Part shown: one piece after another, positions 10,576 through 19,381 of the stretch
Layout: each line of letters opens with the position of its first letter
How positions within the stretch are numbered: the stretch's first letter is position 1
From: a virus
Strand: one strand, 5' to 3'
DNA: 64,000 bases
IMG/VR virus record: IMGVR_UViG_3300020048_000058
Program-made: the position numbers and the translations under genes
Notes under the pieces: generated by a model
What the model saw: the letters and a program-made list of their open reading frames with translations, nothing else
What the model was told of the DNA's origin: nothing
Database searches by the model: none

Positions 10576-10749
10576 ATGTCATCCCCAAAAGAAAGAGAAT
10601 TAGCAGCTAAACTTTTAAGGATATTAAGCAATGGACAGCCAACTTGGAATATTTCAGGAAGTTCCATTACGGGCAGATATAGAGGGAAAACAGTAAGAGC
10701 AACAAACCAAACCAGAACGTTAAGGGAGTCAGTAGCATGGCGACGGTAA
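10576..10749 (+). CDS. small hypothetical protein (57 aa)
   Basis: ATG at 10576 lies 3 nt after the upstream stop, and the ORF fills an otherwise empty gap. Its stop overlaps the start of the next ORF. It falls below the ORF-track length cutoff. Confidence 0.3.
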   Translation: MSSPKERELAAKLLRILSNGQPTWNISGSSITGRYRGKTVRATNQTRTLRESVAWRR

Positions 10750-10943
10750 ATCAAATCGCATCTCAGACTTTAAGTAGATTAAATGGTCGTAACAAATCAG
10801 TGTTAATTGGCAAGGCTTACCCCCTAGGGAATAGTGGATCTGTATTCTCTGGGATGGGTAAAAGTTTTGTAGCCAAAGGGGTGGTTACTGGTAAGGCGAT
10901 CGCCTTTAAGCACAATGGTAAATGGCAAGTTGTACAAGGTTAA
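10737..10943 (+). CDS. small hypothetical protein (68 aa)
   Basis: Track ORF. Its last 4 codons and stop form the first unit of the 16-bp tandem repeat. Confidence 0.4.
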   Translation: MATVNQIASQTLSRLNGRNKSVLIGKAYPLGNSGSVFSGMGKSFVAKGVVTGKAIAFKHNGKWQVVQG

Positions 10944-11107
10944 ATGAGTACAAGGTTAAATGAGTACAAGGTTAAATGAGTACAAGGTTGAATGAGTACA
11001 AGGTTGAATGAGTACAAGGTTAAATGAGTACAAGGTTAAATGAGTACAAGGTTAAATGAGTACAAGGTTGAATGAGTACAAGGTTGAATGAGTACAAGGT
11101 TAAAATA
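10932..11107 (+). repeat. 16-bp tandem repeat, about 10.7 copies (GTACAAGGTT[A/G]AATGA), organised as two 80-bp higher-order units
   Basis: Units start at 10932 + 16n. The variant pattern at unit position 11 is A,A,A,G,G,A,A,A,G,G,A, so 10932-11011 equals 11012-11091. The last, degenerate unit leads directly into the ATG at 11107. Confidence 0.97.
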
Positions 11108-12834
11108 TGCTGACTTACGCTGGTATTCCCTCTCAAATTCCTGCTCCGGTTGTCTCGGTAATTTCGGGAAGCCTAACGGGTTCGGTAGCAGGATCTCTAT
11201 ATTGGCAGATGCGGAACCGCCAAGGATTTAACCTGTATTCCCCACCAACCGCCATTAGTTTAACAACAGGTCAAGGGTTGACTGTAATTGTGCCTGACTG
11301 TAATTGTGATGGGTATGATCCGGTCTCCTATGTGTTGTCATTCTCCCCGACAAATACCTATTTTGCTGCTTACGTGATCGCTACTTACTCGGCTTCAGAC
11401 ACTTTACCTGGAACGTTAACAATTAACAAAAATGAATATTTTGTCACTCAAAGAAGTGTGGCAAATACATCCCAAATCCCTGCCAACAAAATCAATGGGA
11501 TGCGGGTTTACGTTGACGAATGGGGAGAAATCAGGGAATGGCAAGACGGTCAATGGTTAAAAGTTTATCCCCAGGAATTCCAAACCTTAATTACATCGAC
11601 TCGCTCAGTAAACGGCTGTGATAGGTTGCTTTCTGATTTCACGGATGAGCAAAAAGAAATTATTATCCGTCCCGATTATGCGGTTGACAGAAGTTACTCG
11701 GAACCCGTCAAGTTTTGGCTCAGGAATGAAACGACATCTCCCTATTTTGCAGGGAGATCCATATCAGTAGGGATATCGTGGGGAGATACGGACTTAACTG
11801 ATCTGTTTTTTGGTGCGGGTGCGGTCAATTTGACATTTTTAGGATACGTTAACTTAACTAATGGATCTCTGGACACCTCCGCGTCAGGCGGTGGGGAGAT
11901 GACGGGAATTAATCAAAGAATTACTTATACCAACAACAATTCGGGATTGATCTTGGAGAAAGATTTGCCACCAGGATATGCCTATCTAGTTGCTGTCGAG
12001 ATTCAGGTTGACGTGGCAAGTTTAGGGGGGAGAGTAGCTGAGAATGCCCAGATAGAGGTCAGCTTGTCAATTGGGGAACGGGTTGGCTACTATTCGGGTG
12101 TAGCTGCAATCATTGGCAATTTAATTAGTGCGGGGTTGGATCTACGTCGAATTGTCCCTGATACGGGTTTAAGCGCGATCGCCTTATCGGGATCGGGAAT
12201 TGTCAATGGGCGATCATTTATTGGAGTAGGAGAGCGTGGGGTCTTTGGTTTAGTTGCCAACGCTGCCAATCAAATCGTTGCTATTAACGGGAATGGGACT
12301 TGTTTCGCAGTTTCGGAGTTAGGATCGGGTCAAGTATTGAGGGCTAAAGTCGGGACATTAAATGGTTGTGGAAAAGCAATTGTGGCAGGGAGTGTAACGT
12401 TAAGCCCTTCAACACAATTACAGGTTGAACTAACGCATCCCGCAAATATCAGATCCGACTATCTTGATGTCATTGCAGGAAATTCAAAAGGGAATTTCAA
12501 TGCAACAGATATATGGATCTGGATAGGGGGAAATAAGTTTAGCACTCCAGTGCAGTTAGGCGAAGCAACTCAAACTATTGTCTTAACTGGATCAGGAGGA
12601 GAGGCAACTACTGTTCCTAATTCGGAACTGGGATTGTACAGCCCTGTAATTAACTCTGTAGCTGCCGTCAGTGGGGCTTCAGGCTTCGCTAGTGGGAGTT
12701 ATTTGGTCACAGTCGCATATTACTACACAAACACTGTGACAGCCATTTCTCACCAAGGGATTTTAGAGATGGATTCTGATATTTTGAGTTTTATTGAAAA
12801 CTCGGCTAAAAAATATGCCTTAGTCTTAGGATAA
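11107..12834 (+). CDS. virion structural protein (575 aa), possibly fibre or baseplate-like
   Basis: Long Gly/Ser/Thr/Asn-rich ORF between structural genes. No specific motif recognised. Confidence 0.5.
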   Translation: MLTYAGIPSQIPAPVVSVISGSLTGSVAGSLYWQMRNRQGFNLYSPPTAISLTTGQGLTVIVPDCNCDGYDPVSYVLSFSPTNTYFAAYVIATYSASDTLPGTLTINKNEYFVTQRSVANTSQIPANKINGMRVYVDEWGEIREWQDGQWLKVYPQEFQTLITSTRSVNGCDRLLSDFTDEQKEIIIRPDYAVDRSYSEPVKFWLRNETTSPYFAGRSISVGISWGDTDLTDLFFGAGAVNLTFLGYVNLTNGSLDTSASGGGEMTGINQRITYTNNNSGLILEKDLPPGYAYLVAVEIQVDVASLGGRVAENAQIEVSLSIGERVGYYSGVAAIIGNLISAGLDLRRIVPDTGLSAIALSGSGIVNGRSFIGVGERGVFGLVANAANQIVAINGNGTCFAVSELGSGQVLRAKVGTLNGCGKAIVAGSVTLSPSTQLQVELTHPANIRSDYLDVIAGNSKGNFNATDIWIWIGGNKFSTPVQLGEATQTIVLTGSGGEATTVPNSELGLYSPVINSVAAVSGASGFASGSYLVTVAYYYTNTVTAISHQGILEMDSDILSFIENSAKKYALVLG

Positions 12835-12938
12835 TTTTAAAAAATATGCTTTAGTCCTGGGGTGAATTTTCTTAAATTAAAAATGCAATCAATAAAAGAG
12901 GGGTTAAAATTAATTATAAATCCTTCTGTTTTTAAAAG

Positions 12939-13394
12939 ATGCCTGATATTAGTACACAGCAAACGGAGGCGGCTGCTTTAATTAAAGAGCAAATAGAGGC
13001 CCTGGAGAACCCGGCACAGACACTTCCCTACTGGGAGATTTATCGTGCTATCTCAAACGACGGGGGATCTGCGGATGTTTCCACACTTGCCAAAGAAGCA
13101 ACACTTGGTGCGATCAACGCAAAACTTCCATCTTTATCAAGTGGTAGAGTCCCAGTCTCTTTACCAACAATAACAGCCGAGTTAGATTGTAGATTGCTAA
13201 CAACAAATACAACAATTGCAACTGGTAGTTATTTCATTTATTTAAAGGTACTCGTAGGGGATGTAACTATTAATGGATTAACATTTTCATCCGGTGAAAA
13301 TCTAAACTTTGAAGCCATTAATAATGTTCTATACCCCGCCATTGAGTTAGTAATTTCTAATGGTAAATCAGTCCGATTAGTGAGAGGATATTAA
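12939..13394 (+). CDS. hypothetical protein (151 aa)
   Basis: Track ORF directly upstream of the tail-fibre gene. Confidence 0.45.
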   Translation: MPDISTQQTEAAALIKEQIEALENPAQTLPYWEIYRAISNDGGSADVSTLAKEATLGAINAKLPSLSSGRVPVSLPTITAELDCRLLTTNTTIATGSYFIYLKVLVGDVTINGLTFSSGENLNFEAINNVLYPAIELVISNGKSVRLVRGY

Positions 13395-13395
13395 C

Positions 13396-15090
13396 ATGGG
13401 AATGTTTTCGGATATTGATTATTCTTTGATTGTTTTGCAATTAGAGAAGGCAATGGCTAATGGTGTGGCTACCTTGGATTCAAATACTAAGGTTCCTAAA
13501 GCTCAGATTAGTTTAACCGCTTCTGATGTTGGTGCGATCGCGTCTACTGGCAACGAAGTTTTAACAAGTTTAAACGCCGCGTCTGGCACAATTTCATCTG
13601 GGCTTTTACCGTCTTATGTTGATGATGTCCTGAGTTATACAAACCTTGCCGGGTTCCCAGGTACTGGCGAAGCTGGAAAGATTTACGTTGCAGAAGATTC
13701 CAATAAAGTTTACCGATGGTCGGGTTCTGTTTATGTTGAGATATCGAGTTCTGCTACTGCGGGAGAGGCTTTAAAACTAACCACGCCACGGACAATTGAA
13801 GCGACGGGAGATGCAAGTTATTCGGCATCTTTTGATGGTTCAACCAATGTTACAAGTGCGATAACACTGGCAACGGTCAATAATAATACTGGTTCTTTCG
13901 GTAGCGCTAGTTCAATTCCTGCTATTACTGTCAATGCTAAGGGTCAAGTAACTGCGGTTTCAACTAACAGTATCGGGAATGAATTAATTGCATTACAATC
14001 TTTAGCTGACACCCCAGGATTTTTAAAGAAAACTGGTAACGGGACTTATTCTATTGATGTTAATTCCTATCTTTCATTGGCAGGTGGGACTATCACGGGG
14101 GACTTGATTTCAACTAGCGCAACGGCATCAACATCAACAACTACAGGGGCTTTAAGGGTCGCTAGTTTAGGGGTTACGGGTGCTATTTTTGCTGGTACTG
14201 TTAGTGCCAATTCTTACAATTTGATTCCTATTTGGAGAGGAGAGGGAAACATAGGCACAAATACAGTAACAGGAGTTAGTGCGCTTTTGTCCAATACAAC
14301 AGGAGGGAATTTATCTGCCTTTGGAGTTAATTCGCTTCTGTCCAATACCACAGGATGGAATTTATCTGCCTTTGGAGTTAATTCGCTTCTGTCCAATACC
14401 ACAGGATGGAATTTATCTGCCTTTGGAGCTTTTTCGCTTCAGTCCAATACAACAGGAGGGAATTTATCTGCTTTTGGAGTTAGTGCCGGACGCTTTATTT
14501 CCGATGGCGTTACGGGGCTAACAATATCAAATAACTCTTGTTTCTTCGGCATGAACACCAAAGGAACCCAGAACGCAACCAATGAGAACGTATTTGGCTA
14601 CAACGCCACCGGAAACGGCTCAAACACCGTAACAATTGGTGATTCAAATATTACCAATACCTACCTAAGAGGTGTGATATCAACTAATTCCACAACACCT
14701 TCAACCTCTCCCACCACGGGAGCTAGTGTAATTCCTGGGGGTCAAGGGGTTCAGGGAAATCAATATGTTGGGGGTTTTAGTTCTTTGGGTGGGGACGCAA
14801 GTCATCCAGGGATTAAGATTAAGGTGCTAACGGGAACTACGGCAGCAACACAAGGGGGGGGTGTAGGAATAGCTCATGGAATAGCTGATATAAACAAAAT
14901 AATTTCAGTTAATCTTTGGGTGAATACAGGTCAGGGGTTGGGGTTATTTGCACCCCCTAATTATACAAATGGAGCCATCCAATATAATTTTATGCTTTAT
15001 GGGGGTCATATTTCTGTAGAAAATCACCCATCAAACAGTTACAACCTTTTGTCAAAACCAGTCACAATAACAATAATTTACACGGCATAA
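13396..15090 (+). CDS. tail fibre protein
   Basis: N-terminal tail-fibre motifs: LDSNTKVPKAQI; GKIYVAEDSNKVYRWSGSVYVEI; KLTTPRTIEATGDASYSASFDGSTNVTSAITL; ITVNAKGQVTAV. Followed by SNTTGxNLSAFG repeats. Confidence 0.75.
   Translation: MGMFSDIDYSLIVLQLEKAMANGVATLDSNTKVPKAQISLTASDVGAIASTGNEVLTSLNAASGTISSGLLPSYVDDVLSYTNLAGFPGTGEAGKIYVAEDSNKVYRWSGSVYVEISSSATAGEALKLTTPRTIEATGDASYSASFDGSTNVTSAITLATVNNNTGSFGSASSIPAITVNAKGQVTAVSTNSIGNELIALQSLADTPGFLKKTGNGTYSIDVNSYLSLAGGTITGDLISTSATASTSTTTGALRVASLGVTGAIFAGTVSANSYNLIPIWRGEGNIGTNTVTGVSALLSNTTGGNLSAFGVNSLLSNTTGWNLSAFGVNSLLSNTTGWNLSAFGAFSLQSNTTGGNLSAFGVSAGRFISDGVTGLTISNNSCFFGMNTKGTQNATNENVFGYNATGNGSNTVTIGDSNITNTYLRGVISTNSTTPSTSPTTGASVIPGGQGVQGNQYVGGFSSLGGDASHPGIKIKVLTGTTAATQGGGVGIAHGIADINKIISVNLWVNTGQGLGLFAPPNYTNGAIQYNFMLYGGHISVENHPSNSYNLLSKPVTITIIYTA
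14281..14484 (+). repeat. 4 x 51-bp in-frame tandem repeat inside the tail-fibre gene (17-aa unit SLLSNTTGWNLSAFGVN)
   Basis: Units at 14281, 14332, 14383 and 14434. Units 2 and 3 are almost identical. Confidence 0.95.
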
Positions 15091-15094
15091 AATC

Positions 15095-15430
15095 ATGACT
15101 ATTGAGAAAAAAGACCATTTTTTTGTATTGCAAAGCCAACAGATTCCCGTGAGTGGGATTTTATTGGATGTTGTAATTGAATTGTGTCACCAATATTCAA
15201 TTGTTGACACGGAAACTGGAGAAGTTTTGGGGACAAGTCCAGGTGAAGGTATCTTAAATTTGGGAACACCCAATGAATTAGAAGTCGAGTTTCCTGGATT
15301 TTCAGAGCGGATGGAATGGATAAAAATTGCTTTGGTTACTAAGGCAATGGGAATAATAGCCACCAGAAAAGCTGCGGAATTAGCTGCAATTGAAGCGTCA
15401 AAAAACAACCCAATAACACCAATAGAATGA
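15095..15430 (+). CDS. hypothetical protein (111 aa)
   Basis: Track ORF after the tail fibre. Confidence 0.45.
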   Translation: MTIEKKDHFFVLQSQQIPVSGILLDVVIELCHQYSIVDTETGEVLGTSPGEGILNLGTPNELEVEFPGFSERMEWIKIALVTKAMGIIATRKAAELAAIEASKNNPITPIE

Positions 15431-15804
15431 TATCAATTTTCTCGCTCCCGTTTAATCAGTCCGGTTATGCTTTCTTGCTTTTCTTTGCCGGACTGATTTC
15501 TATTATTAATGGATTTTCCTTGATATTCGATAACCGAAAGTTGAATCAATACTTGTCATCTACTCTGTTGATAAATAACGGATTGATGTTGATATTTGAT
15601 GGTTTTTATAGGCTTGGGCATTACAAATTCGGTTATATTAAAATAACCACTTTGGTTATCCAGGTTTTTATCAGTTTTTTATCATTACTATTAATTTGGT
15701 CATATCACCATGAACAGAATGAACAGAACACGCACATCGCAAAACGGGAAAAAGGTTCAGGATGGGGATTTTTTAGATTTAAAAAACCTACCAGAAGGGA
15801 ATAA
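15427..15804 (+). CDS. membrane protein (3 predicted transmembrane (TM) segments), holin-like candidate
   Basis: Hydrophobic stretches YAFLLFFAGLISIINGFSLIF, LLINNGLMLIFDGF and ITTLVIQVFISFLSLLLIW, followed by a basic C-terminus. Confidence 0.5.
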   Translation: MISIFSLPFNQSGYAFLLFFAGLISIINGFSLIFDNRKLNQYLSSTLLINNGLMLIFDGFYRLGHYKFGYIKITTLVIQVFISFLSLLLIWSYHHEQNEQNTHIAKREKGSGWGFFRFKKPTRRE

Positions 15805-15859
15805 ATATTGCAACATCCCACGCCCCCTTTTTAAGTTGAGATATTTAGAGCAGGCGTTA

Positions 15860-16246
15860 ATGTTCAATCATCACTTTTTTGTGATGATTTTGGTAGGCAT
15901 ATCTAGTAGTGTCTTTGGCCCACTGAAAACACCTATTATTTGGATTAATGCAAACATTGATTTTTTTAACGCCTTCTTTTTTGGCGTGGGAGTCAGTGGC
16001 GTTATTTGTTGGACTTTTGTTTATAAACTCAAGAAAGAGTTTCGTAGAGAAGTTAGTGATTTTGCCTGGACTGGGTGTTACATTCTACTGAACATTTGCC
16101 ACATATTATCGGTGGTTTTTGTTATCGGATTTTTTCTTAGTGTGGGGATTAAACAAAGCGGTCAGATTTCCTCTTTGGCTTGCGGTATCTTTTCTTCTAT
16201 GTTGATAGGAATTATATTAAGTATTAAATATGCCTACAAATCTTGA
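15860..16246 (+). CDS. membrane protein (about 4 TM segments)
   Basis: Track ORF 15710-16246 trimmed to the ATG at 15860 to avoid overlapping the previous gene. Contains several long hydrophobic segments. Confidence 0.45.
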   Translation: MFNHHFFVMILVGISSSVFGPLKTPIIWINANIDFFNAFFFGVGVSGVICWTFVYKLKKEFRREVSDFAWTGCYILLNICHILSVVFVIGFFLSVGIKQSGQISSLACGIFSSMLIGIILSIKYAYKS

Positions 16247-16698
16247 TTGCGAGGGTAATTACAATGTTAATGTCTTACATTTTCCAATTCCAACAATCAA
16301 GCAGCATCCCAGTGCCAGCAGACCAAAGCATCCAGGCTATATTGGGATTTTTTGGTATTCTATTGAGTGGTAGCAGCGTCATTGGAATCGCCGTTAATAG
16401 AATCTTTGACGCTAAAAATATCAAGATAATGGTGGAACTTCAGAGTGAAATCAAGTCCCTTCAAAGGGAGGCGAAATATAGGGAGAATGATTTAAGCAGA
16501 CTTGAAACTGAGAATAACGAACTCAAGGAAAAGATAGCCGCGTTACAGGAGAAAGCTAACTCTAAATTTTCTGAACAGCTAGTCAATATACAGGAGAAAT
16601 ATCAGCATCTGGCAACGGAACATCAAAAAGCTATTGCAACAATAAAGAAGCTAAAGGGGGCATCTACCAATACAAGTAACGACGGCAATCAAACCTGA
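16243..16698 (+). CDS. membrane-anchored coiled-coil protein (151 aa)
   Basis: N-terminal TM segment (ILGFFGILLSGSSVIGIAV), then heptad-like LQREAKYRENDLSRLETENNELKEKIAALQEK. Confidence 0.5.
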   Translation: MIARVITMLMSYIFQFQQSSSIPVPADQSIQAILGFFGILLSGSSVIGIAVNRIFDAKNIKIMVELQSEIKSLQREAKYRENDLSRLETENNELKEKIAALQEKANSKFSEQLVNIQEKYQHLATEHQKAIATIKKLKGASTNTSNDGNQT

Positions 16699-16780
16699 GA
16701 CAATCTCTTACACGGAAGGGCATTAGATTGTATTTAATGCAACATCAACACCAACACCAACATAGGAATCTTATTGATTA

Positions 16781-16837
16781 TTGGGTTATTTTTATTAGTG
16801 AAGATATTGGGCTTGTATTATAATATTAATAGGCAAT
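16781..16837 (+). promoter_or_regulatory. repeated promoter element, copy A (TTAGTG-18-TATAAT)
   Basis: A 57-bp block about 94 percent identical to 18216-18272. Contains TATAAT and lies upstream of the gene at 16865. Confidence 0.5.
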
Positions 16838-16864
16838 TGTAAATCTCGAAACAGTAACAACAAT

Positions 16865-17494
16865 ATGACTGAAGACGCTCTAAGAAAAACATGGGAACAT
16901 ATTGATTTAGTTGTCCGACTGCTAACCTCGGCTCAGATTGAGTTGATGAAAAGAGCAGTCACCCATGATAGAAGTAAGTTATCATCCCCTGAGTGGGAAA
17001 TGTTTGCAGAGATTACTCATAAATTAGAGGGATTAACTTATGGTTCCCCTGAATATGAAAAACAAAGAAAGGAAATGTTAAATAGTGCGCTAGGGCATCA
17101 CTATGAACATAATAGACATCACCCTGAGTTTTTTGAGTCAAGAAAACCTAGCAATGTTATTAACAATCATATTCTTACAACCCAATGGGCTATAAAGAAT
17201 GGCTGTATAATGCCTGATGATATTTTTGGGTATGAGCAGGTTGAAAATTATCTGATTCAAAAGCAAAATGAGCATCAAAGCTCAATAAATAACATGAACC
17301 TTTTTGACATACTTGAGATGTTGATTGATTGGGTTGCAGCTTGTAATCGTCATGCTGATGGGGATATAAACAAAAGCATTGAGATAAACACGAAAAGATT
17401 CAATTTATCTCCACAATTGGTAAACATCTTTAAAAATACAATTCCCTCTATTAAGGATGGATTTGAGGATTTACATACGCAAAAAGATATTTAA
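16865..17494 (+). CDS. hypothetical protein with His-rich metal-binding-like motifs (possibly DUF5662-like)
   Basis: Motifs RAVTHDRSK and ALGHHYEHNRHHPEFF. The family assignment is from memory only. Confidence 0.4.
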   Translation: MTEDALRKTWEHIDLVVRLLTSAQIELMKRAVTHDRSKLSSPEWEMFAEITHKLEGLTYGSPEYEKQRKEMLNSALGHHYEHNRHHPEFFESRKPSNVINNHILTTQWAIKNGCIMPDDIFGYEQVENYLIQKQNEHQSSINNMNLFDILEMLIDWVAACNRHADGDINKSIEINTKRFNLSPQLVNIFKNTIPSIKDGFEDLHTQKDI

Positions 17495-17524
17495 TATTAC
17501 TGGGGCTGCAAAGCCCTTTTTATT

Positions 17525-17752
17525 ATGAATAATTCAACTAAAATTAAACTGATTGCATTGAATAGAGGTGTCACGGCATCCGAGGAAACTTTCACGATTA
17601 AGGAATTGAAAGTTAAGTATCCTAAACAATGGCTACAATCTCGTAATGATTATCCTGTTTTTATTAATTCGTGTATGGACAAATGGATATCAGAACAGGT
17701 AGAATTACAGGTAGAATTGAAGTGGAATGTTGTTACTTTTGAGGTGGGATGA
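17525..17752 (+). CDS. hypothetical protein (75 aa)
   Basis: Track ORF. Its stop overlaps the next start. Confidence 0.4.
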   Translation: MNNSTKIKLIALNRGVTASEETFTIKELKVKYPKQWLQSRNDYPVFINSCMDKWISEQVELQVELKWNVVTFEVG

Positions 17753-18177
17753 TGGATACGGAAGCATTAAAAAATTTAATAACCGAGTACGAGAATGCTA
17801 CGGATTCAGGGTACAAGATGAGATTAGCTAATCAGATGAACGACATTATTAAAAAAGATATCTGGGAACTTCAAGGAAAAATTAGAGAGGAAATGATGTT
17901 GCGAATGCAAACAAAAACAGAACAATTAAATAATTTAATAGCCAAAACAACGGGAGAAAATACCCAATATGGTTATTGGTATATTGAGTTCAGAGGTCGG
18001 TCTGGGTGGTGGGCGGTTTCTGGTATCCCTGTTAGTTTTGGAGAGAATGGAACATACCTCGGTAAGTCTTATATTGATGCTGTCAGGTCAATTAAAGAAT
18101 TGTTTCCAGGAAGAAAACCTTTGGTTTCAGCAATGGTTAATGATGAAATAGGGTGCTATAATAATGATGCACACTGA
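17749..18177 (+). CDS. hypothetical protein (142 aa)
   Basis: Track ORF. Confidence 0.45.
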   Translation: MMDTEALKNLITEYENATDSGYKMRLANQMNDIIKKDIWELQGKIREEMMLRMQTKTEQLNNLIAKTTGENTQYGYWYIEFRGRSGWWAVSGIPVSFGENGTYLGKSYIDAVRSIKELFPGRKPLVSAMVNDEIGCYNNDAH

Positions 18178-18215
18178 TAAAATTGGACGACACTAACCCG
18201 ATGATTTATTAATTG

Positions 18216-18272
18216 TTGGGTTATTTTTATTGGTGAAGATATTGGGTTTGTATTATAATATAAATAGACAAT
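18216..18272 (+). promoter_or_regulatory. repeated promoter element, copy B (TTGGTG-18-TATAAT)
   Basis: Near-identical to 16781-16837. TATAAT at 18254-18259 sits only 11 nt before the methyltransferase ATG at 18271. Confidence 0.5.
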
Positions 18273-19284
18273 GGCAACTAATATTATTATGCTAAATCAA
18301 ATTATTCATGGGGATTGTTTTGAGGTAATGAAAGATATTCCTGACAATTCTATTAATTTAATTTGCACCGATCCGCCATATTTTAAAGTTAAAAAAGACA
18401 GTTGGGATAGACAATGGGATAAACCCGAACACTTCTTAGAATGGATAGACAGGGCGGCGGAGCAATGGCAAAGAGTCTTAAAACCTAATGGATCATTATA
18501 TTGTTTTGCCAGTCCCAAAATGTCTGCTAGGGTTGAGGTTAAGTTGGGAGAAAGGTTAAATATAATTAATCGAGTCACTTGGCAAAAACCACCATTCTCA
18601 ACTAAGGCGGAAATGTTTGTTAAAGAGGATTTAAGGAGATTCTTCCCTACTTCAGAATCAATAATATTCTGTGAACACTACGGAGCAGAAAAAAGGGGGG
18701 TTGTTGGGGAGTTTCTAAGAGCTAGGAGATTAAAGGCACAAACAACTTGCGATGCCATAGAAAAAACATTAGGATATATAGATAGCAAAGGAAGGGGGTC
18801 TCGGCTTTTCTATAGATGGGAGACTGGCGACTCCTTGCCGACTAGCGAAGATTTTTGCAACGCACTAAAAGCACTTAGAGATACTCGTCCGCTTGAGGAA
18901 ATTAAGCGGGAATACGAAGAATTACGCCGTCCATTCAACGTAACTGCCAATGTTCCCTATACAGATGTTTGGACGTTTCCAACAGTATCAGCTTACAAAG
19001 GAAAGCACCCATGCGAGAAGCCATTAGAGCTAATTAAGCACATTATAAAGTCATCAAGCCGTGAGGGTGATTTAGTTTTAGATCCGTTTTGCGGTAGTGG
19101 CACGACGGCAGTAGCCTGCAAAGAATTAAATCGTAATTATATTTGTATTGAAAAGGAAAAGGAATATTTTGATATAGCTTGTGATCGCATCTCCCAGCCT
19201 AGAGAATATTCAGAAACAGAGTTAGAAATTATGGAATTAAATAAACCGGAATTTGAACAATTAAGTTTGTTGGATTTGGTTTGA
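18271..19284 (+). CDS. DNA methyltransferase, N4/N6 type (DPPY ... FxGxG order)
   Basis: Motifs LICTDPPYF and DPFCGSGTTAVAC, typical of the N6_N4_Mtase family. Confidence 0.85.
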   Translation: MATNIIMLNQIIHGDCFEVMKDIPDNSINLICTDPPYFKVKKDSWDRQWDKPEHFLEWIDRAAEQWQRVLKPNGSLYCFASPKMSARVEVKLGERLNIINRVTWQKPPFSTKAEMFVKEDLRRFFPTSESIIFCEHYGAEKRGVVGEFLRARRLKAQTTCDAIEKTLGYIDSKGRGSRLFYRWETGDSLPTSEDFCNALKALRDTRPLEEIKREYEELRRPFNVTANVPYTDVWTFPTVSAYKGKHPCEKPLELIKHIIKSSSREGDLVLDPFCGSGTTAVACKELNRNYICIEKEKEYFDIACDRISQPREYSETELEIMELNKPEFEQLSLLDLV

Positions 19285-19381
19285 GGATTTGGACATCACC
19301 AAAAAATAAGATACAATTAATAAATCCCCTCGCGGTACGGAAATACCCAGGGGAGGTAACCATTAATTAGGAAATAGCCAC

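Noticed and set aside
14214-14521. Track ORFs 14214-14402 (reverse strand) and 14279-14521 (+ strand).
   Set aside because: They are alternative-frame readings of the 51-bp tail-fibre repeats and lie wholly inside the well-supported fibre gene.
13396-15090. A diversity-generating retroelement acting on the tail fibre.
   Set aside because: The window has no reverse transcriptase and no template/variable repeat pair with adenine-specific differences. The repeats are simple tandem units.
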